This document shows, piece by piece, positions 52,173-64,000 of a DNA stretch of 64,000 nt. The stretch is from NCBI GenBank assembly GCA_002269645.1, contig NIVC01003980.1:2679-66678 (forward strand). Direction: 5' to 3'. Positions within the stretch are counted from its first letter, which is position 1, and each line of letters starts with the position of its first letter. Source of the DNA: Macrostomum lignano. Its lineage: Eukaryota. Under the pieces are notes generated by a model. It was not told the DNA's origin, searched no databases, and saw nothing but the letters and a program-made list of their open reading frames with translations. A program made the translations under genes and the position numbers.

Positions 52173-55100
52173 CAAGTCTTCAAGAGTAGAATGTTAGGTA
52201 ATTCTGCATCTCAATGTTTTGTCTATTCTCTGAAAAAAATGTTCTTATGTATAATAAAATAATAATCAGTTTAACTTGTTTTGTAGTAAAGTGCATGGTT
52301 GAAAATCAAAGCATATTTATCATTGTCATTTGCTAAAATCGGCCTCACTTCAGTGCCATAGTTTGTGTTATAAAATAATACGCCATATGAATAACATTTT
52401 CTAGCAGCACTCTGGTTATACTACTAAATACACTACTGCTCACTGATGTATTTGGCTTTTTTCATCTCGACCGGCCTTACCGTGAAAATGCGTTAATTAA
52501 ACAAAATTACTAATAGTACGTCAAATTGACTTTTTTATTGTTGCAGAATCTGATTTTGATTTGCTTTTTTGTCTCGTCCTTTCAGTTTTTTCTTCCTCTC
52601 TTTCTCTCTCACGTCTCCGTTTCCTGTTATTTTTCCATTGCTTGTGGAAAAATAATAAATTTTGCACAAACTTTAATTACACCATGTAGTTGTGCGCGCT
52701 GTTGTTTTTACTTTCACGTGCGGTTTTTTTTCGATTGTCTGGATGGAGAAGAAATGATTGATTAATTTAAACAATTTAATAAAATGTAAGTTGTTACAAA
52801 TTGTTAATAATTTGTAATGTCATTTTATAGGCACGATGGAATTTATTATATCTGCAAAAAAATCAAAGCGATTATATATGTTCAATGTTCTTTTTTGTTG
52901 TTTTTTGTGTGAAAATTGCAATACGTGTGCATTTTTGCTTGGGTTAACTGTCTTTAGATAGCGAAAAAGTTATAGTAATTATCAACTCGTTATGTAGCTT
53001 GTAAATTTAAATTAACGATTTCTATAACAAAAATTTTCCGCGTTATCTTGTTGTTTGAGTTTGTCTGTTCTCATCTCTGAATTGTTTATTCAATATTGTC
53101 TCAAATTGATTGAATTTTCGGTTATTGCAGACAGCTTATGCTAGCCAATGCGACACACAACACACAGAGTGCAGGCGGCGCGTGTGAATTTATGTTTTGT
53201 TTGTTTGTTTCTTTTCTTTTTTCTGCTTTCCCTTAAAAATATGGCGTATTAATATTATATTAGTCTGTGAAAAACTATTATTTAACTACGAGTGGTGTTG
53301 CAAAGTTTTTGCACTTTGCGTGTTTCGACACAAATGTCCTACTGAGGTGACCTTTTAGCCTACAACTCTTGCATATCTGCTCGATTAGATTGTTGAATTG
53401 CACAAAGGAACGATTCGAAGTGCTGAGTAAAACTTTTAACAAAATTTTATTTGTTTTTAGCACGGGTTTTATAAGAGCTAATTCATTATCCATTCAATAG
53501 TGCAGATTTGCAGAGTTTTGGCTAAAGTTTGTCAATTTTCGGGGAACTTTTGCAACACAACTCGTATCTATATACCTGTATTTGTGTAATCAAATATATA
53601 TAATTATTACATTAGATCACTTTCACTTCACACACGCAAGCAAAGCAAAAAAATCAAATTTGATCAATTCGTATTTCTGTCTTTTTGTCGTCTGTGTTTG
53701 AATTTTCTGGCATGTAGATGTACATGTACTTGTGTACACTGCCCCAGCAGTGAGACAACTAAGTGTAGTGTAGTTATCTTAGTTGGGTTCGAATTTCATT
53801 GATCTTTAACCTTATTTGGCAGCCGGTGGTGATATAAGCTGGTGTATGAAAATGCCTTTGGATTGTGGCCAACAGGTGTATGATATGGAAAGTTCACACT
53901 AGTCCATAGTCCATTTCATACACCTTACAGTGTACTCGGCATAACTTTTTTAGATAAGAACCTCCTACTAAACTGCAACTCGGTCTCTGTATTCAGCTGT
54001 ATTGCTTGTTTTGTAGGCTTACATGTGTGCGGTACGTGCGCTAGCAGCTCTCTTTATCTCTGGATTGAGACCCACGAAGCAGAATTTGGTTCAAAGAGTG
54101 ACAATTTATCACTGAATTTCCTGACTCACTAACAGGTCGAATCCGTGTTGCTATAGTTAGAGTTTTGGTGCTACTCATGATCCTAGACTTTAGGTGGGAG
54201 TCAATGGGGGGTCATGACCTCTCCAGACGGCCCACCATTAAAATTTTCAATCTTCATTTTTTACAATTATCAGAGTTATGATATTTAGTAGTAAGGTAAA
54301 TATGCGGTAGGAATAGACCTAAAATCTAAAGTCCCTCTTGTGTCGCCAAAATTTACACCAAGTAGCTTCAAGTTCCCCCAACAGCTGCGAAAGCAAAAGC
54401 AGAGCTCAAGTGTGCTGCTTTACTCCAACTGAAAGAATGTTGGCAAGAATATACTACTCACTTTGACTTACTAAACCAAGCCACTAATAGAGAACCAACG
54501 GTCCAGATTATTAGGCAGCAAAACCTCTTTGTTACATCGCTTAACTAAGCCAGTAAGACTTAAGGGGTTGGGCCCTGGAGGTGGAGGTTGCAGATTTGTT
54601 TGTTAAAGAACGTATCGATTCAATATAGTGAAAGAATAAATGGGGCTATCCAGGCCTTTTAACGAGGGGCCCGTGTGGGCTTGCTGACTAACGCAAGACT
54701 AACACATTCGCAAATTACAAAAGCGAATGCCTTATACTACTACTGAAATGCAAACGTTTTTAATGTACCCAATTGAATGGAAAGGACAATTGAAGGTCGA
54801 TTTGTTTAGTATATATTTAACGTGTATATTCAGGTTTCCGTTCATTTAAAGAGAAAAAATATAAGTCAAGTGAAAACCAATTCAATTAATTCATCCTTGT
54901 TTTCCATGTTAGGTCTCCATAAATGGCACTACTTTGTCATGGAAATTCTAATATATTCTACGTAATGCATACAGATAAAACTAAAGATTCTTTATATTCT
55001 CTAGCTTTTGAATTTCTACTTTACATTCTTAAATACTTAACCATCAATGTCCATCATACTCAACTGTTCAGTCTGTTCTTTCTGTTTCTTTTTCTATATG

Positions 55101-55467
55101 CGGTTAGGTTTTAAATACAACTTCATACATGCAGCTACACGCACTATACTACTGAACCAAATTCACGCCACTGATATTCTTGCACACGCGTAGTATATAA
55201 TAAAATCGGAGGGAAAAAGCGTCAAAAAATTCTCCGTTTCATCGCCAGTCAGAAATTCTGTCAGCGCCCGTGTGCAACGAAGACCACTCTACGAATTAAA
55301 TTTTGACCGACGTCTGGAATCATCTCAGCCTTTATTCATCAAATCAACCGTGTATTTCTGCTATGTAAAGAGATTCGTGGATTTCATGTCCTTTTTGCTA
55401 TTCTTTGCAACTCTCAACTGGCAGCAACTGCCAACGTTCGACACTGGGAGGTTGCGGAAAGTACATT

Positions 55468-58400
55468 ATGAGCAAAGTCTCGTTTCGAGCCAGAGCTTTA
55501 GACTCCAATCGACCTCTGCAACTGCATTTTGACCATGAAATCCCAGATCTCTCCGACTATGCATCAATCAGCCGATCTGTGCCTCTTCTGCCTTCTGGCA
55601 TGGAGAAGGACGAAGAAACGGTACTACTTTGCTTATGTACAATTCTTATTATTCCATGACTTTTGATGGCATTTTAATATTTATTAGGACTTATTATTAG
55701 TTTTGCATGCACCAGCGCGTAATAAGTCCTAATATTTTAATTGGAAATATACTTAGTCTAAAACAAAGTAGATCCGTCTAAGTCAGACGTGTACATTGTG
55801 TTTGTGGCACTTATTTAAAGCAAAATAAAAACGATTTTGATGTTTGGTGTTCAATAGCTTGCCTGTTTTCTGCATAAGTTCTTGGTGGCTTTGAAGTTTG
55901 TCAAAAACATTATTCCTTCAGTGTCCTATAATATTGTGCCTTCTGCAATTTTTTCTTTTAGATAAAAAATCTATTCACTCAATTGTTATGTCAAATGACC
56001 TATAGTTCACTACAGAACTTTTCTCCAATTAAATTTGGTCATTACTACATTTAATTCTGTCTAACAGTCTTATACACCTTAGACATTTCTAAAAAAGTTT
56101 AAAGGATTTGGTCATGACTAAAAAAATCAGGTATGTTATCATTATCGCAATATGATGATATTAATCTATCTTATTTTAAATTAAACTCAAGAGAATTAAC
56201 AATTAACTTAGTCCTAATAAACTTTAATCATTTTTATTCACTGGGTGATATATTAGCAGGTACTAGGGGGCCCTATTAGAATAAATGTTGAAAATCTATA
56301 GATGCGCGCTTTAGAATAAAGTAAGGTCAAATTATTTTATCTTGCTTTAGCATTATCAAAGACAGTTTGTAAAAACAATTTATGCAAAATTGTTGATTGC
56401 AATCTATCAAAATTAAAATTTGCTAACTTTCTGAAATTGAAATTTTCCAAAAACAAAATTTAGAAAAATAGTTTAATATGACCAACACTCATATTTTGCT
56501 TTTGGTTTGCTTATGCAAAACTAAATACATGTATATGTAGTTAGAAATTAGTTTATTTTTAGCTACTTTTTTAAACACTTCCAAAATTTTGATTTCTAAA
56601 TTTTTCAAAATCAAAATTTTTTCTTTATAATTCTAAACTTTAGAAAATCAAAATTTTGGAACAACTCTAAGCATTATAAATGATGAGTGTATTAGGCCCT
56701 TTTCCATGTATATTTATTTGTTGGAGTAGCAGCCAGTAGAAAAAGGGCAGTGTGCGCGTGCAAGTGCTGCGTACTTGTATGTATTGCATTTAAAAAAATT
56801 TCAAAAGAATGCCAAATGCTGTCTGCAGTTTTACAACTTTATCTTATAGGGCTAGGGGGAGGGAGGCTAATGATAATGTTATTAGTTATATTCTAAAAAT
56901 GCGATATAATTCAAAGTAAAATATAGCCAATAATATTTAGCTTTAAAGCAAGTCTAACTAAATAGTTGGTTGGCTCTAATAATAGGGGCCTAGCCTGTCA
57001 TTATTTGTGATATTAATAGATTAAAAAATAAAGTATAACTATAACATTGATTTACAAAGAACAGTTTATTTTCATCTAAATAGACATAATCATTGAATAA
57101 GCTACATTGTTTTGTTTTAACAATGTTAACTTTTTTATAATTATGTTACCATTGCCATGATAAAGATATTATCTATATAGTGCCATACTAATAATTGGTT
57201 TGTTTATTCTTTTTGTAGCAACCTAGGCCATGTAATAAAAGAAACTGGTTCCCAACCAATTGGTTTTTTAATTAATATTAATGCCTTATTAGAGCCATAG
57301 TTAGAAAGATAGCTTTTTACTGAAAATAACAAGCAAATTTAGCCTGGGTCAGAGCAAATTTAGGCAAAGTAAAGGTAGGTTCAAGGAAAATTGGGACAAG
57401 GTAATAGCAGTTACGGTTAGGTTAGAGACCAAGTGTGATTAAGAGCAACAAAGTAGTTGACTGGTTTCTTAAGCTAAGCCATGTTCCTCATTTGTTAGCC
57501 AATATTGCTATGTGTATCTAGATAAAAATTATTGAATGACTGAATTGAATAGACTTTAAAATCTTTAAAATACCAACAAATTAACTAAAGATCTTAGTAC
57601 TAATCAAGATAATTATGCTTATGCTCTAGCATATTGACTTAAAAAATCATATCTTAAAATTAGACCTTTGATGCAAGTGCAAGTACTAGCAAAAACCTAG
57701 GCTAGGTTTTTTATGCAATAATAAATAGGAGGCTATAGCCTAGTAGTATTCTGTAGTACTCTTATATCCTAGCAGGCTAGACCCAAATCCAAGTGCAATA
57801 GCATTAATTTGAAACTAAATTTGAGTCTTGGCTTAGGTCTGCTTATACAATTAATGCTATTGATACTTAAAAGCCAACCACAAAAAGACGAAAAGATATT
57901 GTAGCTGCTGCCTAGTTACCTAGTTAAGGTGGCTCTATATTTCTATGAGAGCATACATGTGCAACCTTGGGATTCACTTGGCCTTTTCTATTGGCAACAC
58001 ATACATGTAAGTCACTATTGGCTGAAAGCAGTCATGTGACTACTATTGTCCAATAGCAACTTACATGTATGTGCCTATGTTTGACTGTATATGTATAATG
58101 GGATTGGAAGAATGGGCAGAGTGCACCAGAGTGCACACAGCTCCCCACCTCTGATAAAAAATCGATTGCCTTATAGATAGATTTCCAGATCAAAACTGGG
58201 ATTTATTTGATCTTGAAGATTAGATGCTACTATAAAATAACTTTCAAGAATCTAAGTTGTAACATAAATAAGACATGTTGGAAATTTCATATTCACCAAT
58301 CAGAAATGATTGCAATATTTAACAGTTAATCAAAATCAAAAGTACTTGAAAAGCTTTCATCCCTTGTGCCTGTCTCAGCGTCAACTCACCTTACCCAACT

Positions 58401-59914
58401 TTCACCCGAACAGGAACACCATCTTCAAGAGGCACTGTTCGCCAGCAGCAGTTCAAGTCAACAGATCTTCACGCCATCCCCATACCCGAGATTGACGAGA
58501 ATGCCAACAAGTTTAAGAGTTTGTACCACGCACTGTGCCGCGAGGGCACATTCCGCATGCCTAAGCAGTACATCCGCGTGCAGGCGTTCTCCTTGGATCA
58601 CGGCGATAATGAAACACCAGATTACGATCTGGACAGCGAGGACGAGGCCTGGCTATCAGCCTCGAAGCTCAGCTTGCCACCAATCGATCTGGAACGAATG
58701 CTGGAACAGTTGGAACGGTACAGCGATCACACTGTTGTCAGCTTGAATGAGGCCAAGGCTCTGTTGAAAAAAGATGACGGATTAACTACAGCCGTGTACG
58801 ATTATTGGCTAGCTAAGCGGCTTAAGCACGGCCAACGGTTGAGTCTGGCTATCAAAGCCGATCGGAGAGACGGCTCGTCGAACAATGACCCGTATGTGGC
58901 GTTCCGGCGCCGTACAGAGAAGATGCAGACTAGAAAGCACAGGAAAAATGACGAGGCCAGCTATGAGAAGATGCTGCGCCTTCGCCGCGACATGGACCGG
59001 GCCTGTTCCCTCATTGAACTGCTGGTCAGGCGCGAGGAGACCAAATCCGCTCTGTTAGACACCGAACTGCGCGTCTTCCAACGTCGCTGGTCGGCTCGCG
59101 ATTTTGACGCCAGCCAGCTGCAGGCTGCCGCCGTTGCTGCCGCGGCCGCTGCTGCCGCTAAAAAGTCTGCAGCAGCAGCATCAGCAGCGGCCGCTTCCTC
59201 ATCCTGGCAGCAGCAGCATCAATTGAATCACCATCAGCAACAGCATCAACAGTCAGCGGCGCATCAACGCGGCTCCACAGCCAAGCGGGCGAGGAGGCGG
59301 CCGCCACCGTTGCCAACTCCGCCCGAAGTTGCAGCCGCTGAAGCCGCCGCCGCCGCCGCCGCTCCTCCCTTGTTTGTCGACGATGATTCTTTACTGCCTG
59401 GCGGTGACAACGGCGGTCGATTTGTCTGGTGCAGGCGTCGGGTTGGCGCGGTGTACGCGCCAGCCAAGCCGTTGACCGACGCTGAAGACTCTGCAGCGTT
59501 GCCACCGTCGGGACTCAGCCCAGATCGGCTTTCGCTGGCGTCTACGGACGCCGAATGTTCAGCCTGACCCGACTGCCCTGCGTTGTTGGCTCCGAGTCGT
59601 CAACAGCATCTGCATCCTCCTGTCATCTGTCTTCCTCGGCCGGCTCGCGTCATTGCCGACCCTTAGCGGCCTATGTCGGTTTGCGGCTGGGCCGCGGCGG
59701 GCGCCTGCTGATTGACAGGCTGTCCGGGCCGCCAGGTGTGGACGCCTACCTGTCCGGCTGGGAGGCCCGTCAGTCTGGCCTTGAGCTGCCAGACGCTCCG
59801 CCAGCCACCGTGTGCGCCCACTCTGGCGAACTGGTGGAAGAAGATCCTTTGTTCGATCTGCGACTGCCAGCCTACGAGCTGGCCGCCACCTCAAACAATG
59901 GCACTGTTGGATAA
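55468..59914 (+). CDS. EPC1: Enhancer of polycomb homolog (NuA4/Tip60 subunit); exons 55468-55620 and 58414-59914, with two apparent frameshifts
   Basis: MSKVSFRARALDSNRPL...GMEKDEET|EHHLQ; FRMPKQYI..PDYDLDSEDE; DPYVAFRRRTEKMQTRKHRKNDEASYEKMLRLRRD; C-terminal GLRLGRGGRLLIDR, all diagnostic EPC motifs. Frameshifts at ~58443 and between 59483 and 59565. Confidence 0.93.
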
Positions 59915-62409
59915 TTCTAGGATCAACTAACAAAAATTCTAATCGATTATTGACGCTGGGCGTCGTAAAAAAGTCTGTCTCTATCTTGCTCTTGTTTGTC
60001 TTCAAACACTGTTTCAGTCTCCATTTCTGGCTGTTTCTTGGATCCTCATCCTTTTTAAAGGCAAGTATAATCTATATGAACTCCCGGTTAGTTTCAGAGT
60101 AAAAACAGAAATCTTCATTTATAATATAACGTCCAATAGGCTGATGTATTTTTATCTATCTATCGAAATTCGAAAATATTGAACACAATTATAACTTTGC
60201 ATTTATTTATTTATTTATATTTACCTATTTAGTTCTACTGTATTAAGCGAGTTGAACAGCTAATGTAAACTGCTAATGTAGTTTATGGTTGAAACTATGG
60301 CAAGTAAGAGACTATTAAATTAGTAAAAGTCTTCTTAGTTTTTGTCTCCGTGGTCTGGGGCTCCTGTCTGTCCGCTTCTCTCCTCAAAAATCTGTCATTG
60401 AATTCAATTTTTATTTGAGTTTAACCCTGTCAGTGAATTGTTTAGAGAGAAAAAAATTATAAAAATAAATAAAGTTTCACTGTTATGAGTCTATGAATCA
60501 ACTTATTGTATAAGATGCACACAATTGCACCTGGATTTCATATACAATTATACTTGGTACCTTTAAATTTGTACTGTTGCCAGTTATTTGTGTATGTTTA
60601 CTTTTTATTTCTACTGTTGTATTTCTACATCATTAATAATAATATTATTATTATGGTTACTGAAGCCTGTAAGATCATTGCTGTTCAACACCGACTTGGA
60701 ATAGTAGTTATATTTAGTATAACCCCTATAATCAAAATTTAAATAATTAAACCTTTGACATATTTGCTTTTGTCTCGCATTCTTACTGTCTTCTCTTATA
60801 CACTAGCCTCCTTAATCCTTAAACTTTATTTATTTGGTTACATTTGTTTGTTTGCAAACGGCATTGTGTAATGTTTGTGTTGATGTGTTTGTCAATGATT
60901 TTCAAGCACTCTTAGCATAACTGAACCAATTTCACCTGTTTAGCCAGTAAGCTCTAATCTGATTTTAGGCAGCCAGAAATTGCATTTCTTCGTCAACTTT
61001 GTGGAAACTTCACTCTCGGAAGGGCGTCGTTATTGTCTCTTTAACTGAAAATGTACTTCAGCTAAACCTCACCTGCCGCTCAAAAATACATTTGTCTAGT
61101 GTCTTTGCCCATTGTGTTGTCTAATAATTAATGGTCATTAATCCTATATTCATAATCCAACTGATTAATGCATTAAGTTGACTCACTTTGCCCAGTTCCG
61201 GTTGTCATAATCATACACATATTATACTGCATACAAATGTTTGAATAACACGAATGAAGAAGCTTCAAGTAGGCAATGGTGTTGACTTTGTGCGCTTTTC
61301 AATTCGCGGCTTTTTGAGTCCATTCCAATCGTTACCAACTTTATCTGCTGTTATTTATCTACATGTATAACTACTAATACCGATATCCATATGCCAAACC
61401 AAATTATTGATAAAGTTTAATAATTATATTTGTATAATGAAGTATCATTGCCGGTCAAGAGTCAGGTTAAATTTGTGAATAATTGCGCACTACACATACT
61501 ATTTATTAGTAAGTAGTTGTTGCGCTAAATTTCTCTAATTTTTCTGTTTGCGTTTTTTATTAATAATTTCTTTTGTTTTCTTGCGGCTTCGCACCAAAAC
61601 TCTGACTATGCTACTATAGTGGCACTCGTACTAGTAGTATATTAGCGAGGCGAATCGTTCGCATTTATAAACATTAATTTTGTCATTTCGAATCGGGGAA
61701 TTGTTTGGCTTAGGATTCATTGTTTGCTTTGGTGCTTTTAATCACCTTTGTACGTGTTAGTTGTCCAACTCCTTACTGTCGTGGGGGTACACAACTAATA
61801 TCAGTTGATTATAATTATAAATATAGATTTAGAATAGAAAAAAAATATTATACAGCATGAGCTTAACCAGTTTTGCTAATAACTTTGGTTTCAATTTCTT
61901 TCCTCTCTATGTATCTGTCAAAATTGGTAACCAACAATTTGCTGTTTCAAGTTGGACTCACTCCGGTGCCTGTACTGTACATGCTGTACTAATGTAGGAA
62001 TACACGAGCCATTCTGCATATTTGTCATTTATTCTAACCTGTAGTGGTCGCTCGGATACTGATTGCTGTGCACAAGTTTAACATCTTTTTCATCGTGTTT
62101 AAACAAAACAATGCCGACAAAGTGTGCACTGTTGTGTGTTATTATATTTTATTTATTAGTAATGAGAAAATAGTGCGATACATCATTTAGAACTGGAAAC
62201 CAGTAGCCAACAGTTATAATGGCACGCTGCAACATTATAAACTACATTTTTATAAATATATGCATCGCACACCCACTGTAGGGACTCCACTATCTCTGTG
62301 TTATTGTCTTTCTTATGTTTGAATAGAAAATATTCGTTATTTGCTTTGTCTTTTGATTTATTTGGATTCGTCAAATTGCTGCTTCAACTTTGACAATATC
62401 AATAACACT

Positions 62410-62930
62410 TCTCTCCAAGATCTGATTCTTTTCTGTCCCAGATCTGACTCTTCTCTCCAAGATCTGACTCTTTTCTGTCCAAGATCTGACTCTTCTCTCC
62501 AAGATCTGACTCTTCTGTCCAAGATCTGACTCTTCTCTCCAAGATCTGACTCTTCTGTCCAAGATCTGACTCTTCTCTCCAAGATCTGACTCTTCTGTCC
62601 AAGATCTGACTCTTCTGTCCAAGATATGACTCTTTTCTGTCCAAGATCTGACTCTTCTCTCCAAGATCTGACTCTTCTGTCCAAGATCTGACTCTTCTCT
62701 CCAAGATCTGACTCCTCTGTTTTCCAGATTGACTCTTCTCTCTCCATATCTGACTCTTCTCTCTCCCATATCTGACTCTTCTCACTTCCATATCTGACTC
62801 TTCTCTCTCCATATCTGACTCTTCTCTCTCCATATCTGACTCTTCTCTCTCCCATATCTGACTCTTCTCTTCCATATCTGACTCTTCTCTTCTATATCTG
62901 ACTCTTCTCACTTCCATATCTGACTCTTTT
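62410..62930. repeat. Minisatellite, 18-21-bp unit CCAAGATCTGACTCTTCT(CT) changing to CCATATCTGACTCTTCTCTCT
   Basis: About 26 copies with a polar sequence gradient. Confidence 0.95.
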
Positions 62931-63424
62931 AGCCAAAGTCTACCTGGCGAGGTGTGAATTTCACACTCGGTTCAAAATTTCGCATTTCGAATCGAAGTAC
63001 AGAATCAGAACACGATGAAAATTTTCGAGCATGGACTTTAGGTTTCGAGCTTATTTAAAGGAAGTAAATGAATAAGTGTACACAGTATGTTATCAGTATG
63101 AGGTCTCATCCCGAAATGCATGTGCTCCCTGAATTCTCCTCGTTTGGGGATCTTTATTGTGAGTTTTGTGATCTATTGTGATCTTTATTTTTTTTTGTAT
63201 TTCTATCTATGTGACTCATGATTTCAGAAAAATTACAGCTGAACAGGTCGATTTTCATCAATCAGATCAGAAATTTTTCAATTGGTATATATTGTGACTA
63301 TACATCTATAAGAAATTGCTTGATGCTATGTTAGAGGATTAAATTAATGCGAGCACTCCAAAAACATGCCTTTTGCAAAGGTCAAACTGGATTTTCGACT
63401 TGAAATGCATTTTGTATTGGTAGA

Positions 63425-63570
63425 TTATGCATTGTAGCCGTTGAATTCCAGTGCGCTGCCGCCTAGCTGCCACCGCAGCTCCGACTGTCTGGGTTGCGTC
63501 TTCCGCGTCTTTGAGCCGGATGGGCTGAAGTTCTGTGCCCGCTGAAGTGGCGAGCATGTAGTGAGGTTGA
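63425..63570 (-). CDS. Probable terminal coding exon of a minus-strand gene extending beyond the right edge
   Basis: GC-rich block with open frames (e.g. LNLTTCSPLQRAQNFSPSGSKTRKTQPRQSELRWQLGGSALEFNGYNA*). Frame and product undetermined. Confidence 0.3.
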
Positions 63571-63579
63571 GTGGGTCTC

Positions 63580-63820
63580 GATGAAACTGTGAGGCTCAGC
63601 AGTGGGTCTGGATGAAGCTGTGAGGCTGAGCAGGGGGTCTGGATGAAGCTGTGAGGCTCAGCAGAGGGTCTGGATGAAGCTGTGAGCTCGCAGTGGGTCT
63701 GTGATGAAGCTGTGAAGGCTGAGCAGGGGTCTGGATGAAGCTGTGAGGCTCAGCAGTGGGTCTGGGTGAAGCTGTGAGGCTCGGCAGTGGGTCTGGATGA
63801 AGCTGTGAGGCTCAGCAGAG
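63580..63820. repeat. Minisatellite, ~32-bp unit GTGGGTCTGGATGAAGCTGTGAGGCTCAGCA
   Basis: About 7 copies. Confidence 0.9.
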
Positions 63821-64000
63821 CCGCTGTACACACTGCATGAGTGTTCATGTTTATGAGTGCGGTGACAGCACGGAGTCAGCGGAGCGGGCAGAATTGCCTC
63901 AAACAGCGCTGGTTGTGGGGCGGTTGGCGGCTGGCTTTACGGAGGGTAAATTTGCGTTAATTTTACGAGTTTGTTAATCGAAATCAACCTACCTGCAAGT

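Overview
This is animal (metazoan) genomic DNA, not prokaryotic. It has GT-AG introns, Ala/Gln-rich GC-rich exons and introns packed with private minisatellites. The style resembles a free-living flatworm such as Macrostomum, but that is inference only. Genes: (1) an unidentified spliced gene or element running off the left edge (- strand); (2) a secreted WSC + PAN/Apple protein (3145-3882, +); (3) a large RGS22/RGSL1-family multi-RGS gene of about 25 exons (37386 to 9315, -); (4) an MBD5/MBD6 (sba)-like polyQ protein (41505-50977, +) whose MBD domain is split by a 7.3-kb intron holding a 4.6-kb satellite; (5) an Enhancer of polycomb homolog (55468-59914, +); (6) a probable last exon of a minus-strand gene at the right edge. 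Non-coding features include MITEs of several superfamilies, tRNA-derived SINEs and about 15 tandem arrays. The most notable observations are a run of symmetric cassette exons and a 6-nt microexon in the RGS gene, an MBD5-like domain with a ~50-aa insertion, strong CpG depletion confined to the two chromatin-gene loci, a Pack-type TIR element next to the WSC promoter, and about 8 single-base frameshifts spread over four genes (most likely assembly errors). All gene models were built by eye from splice motifs and remembered family motifs; no database search was run.
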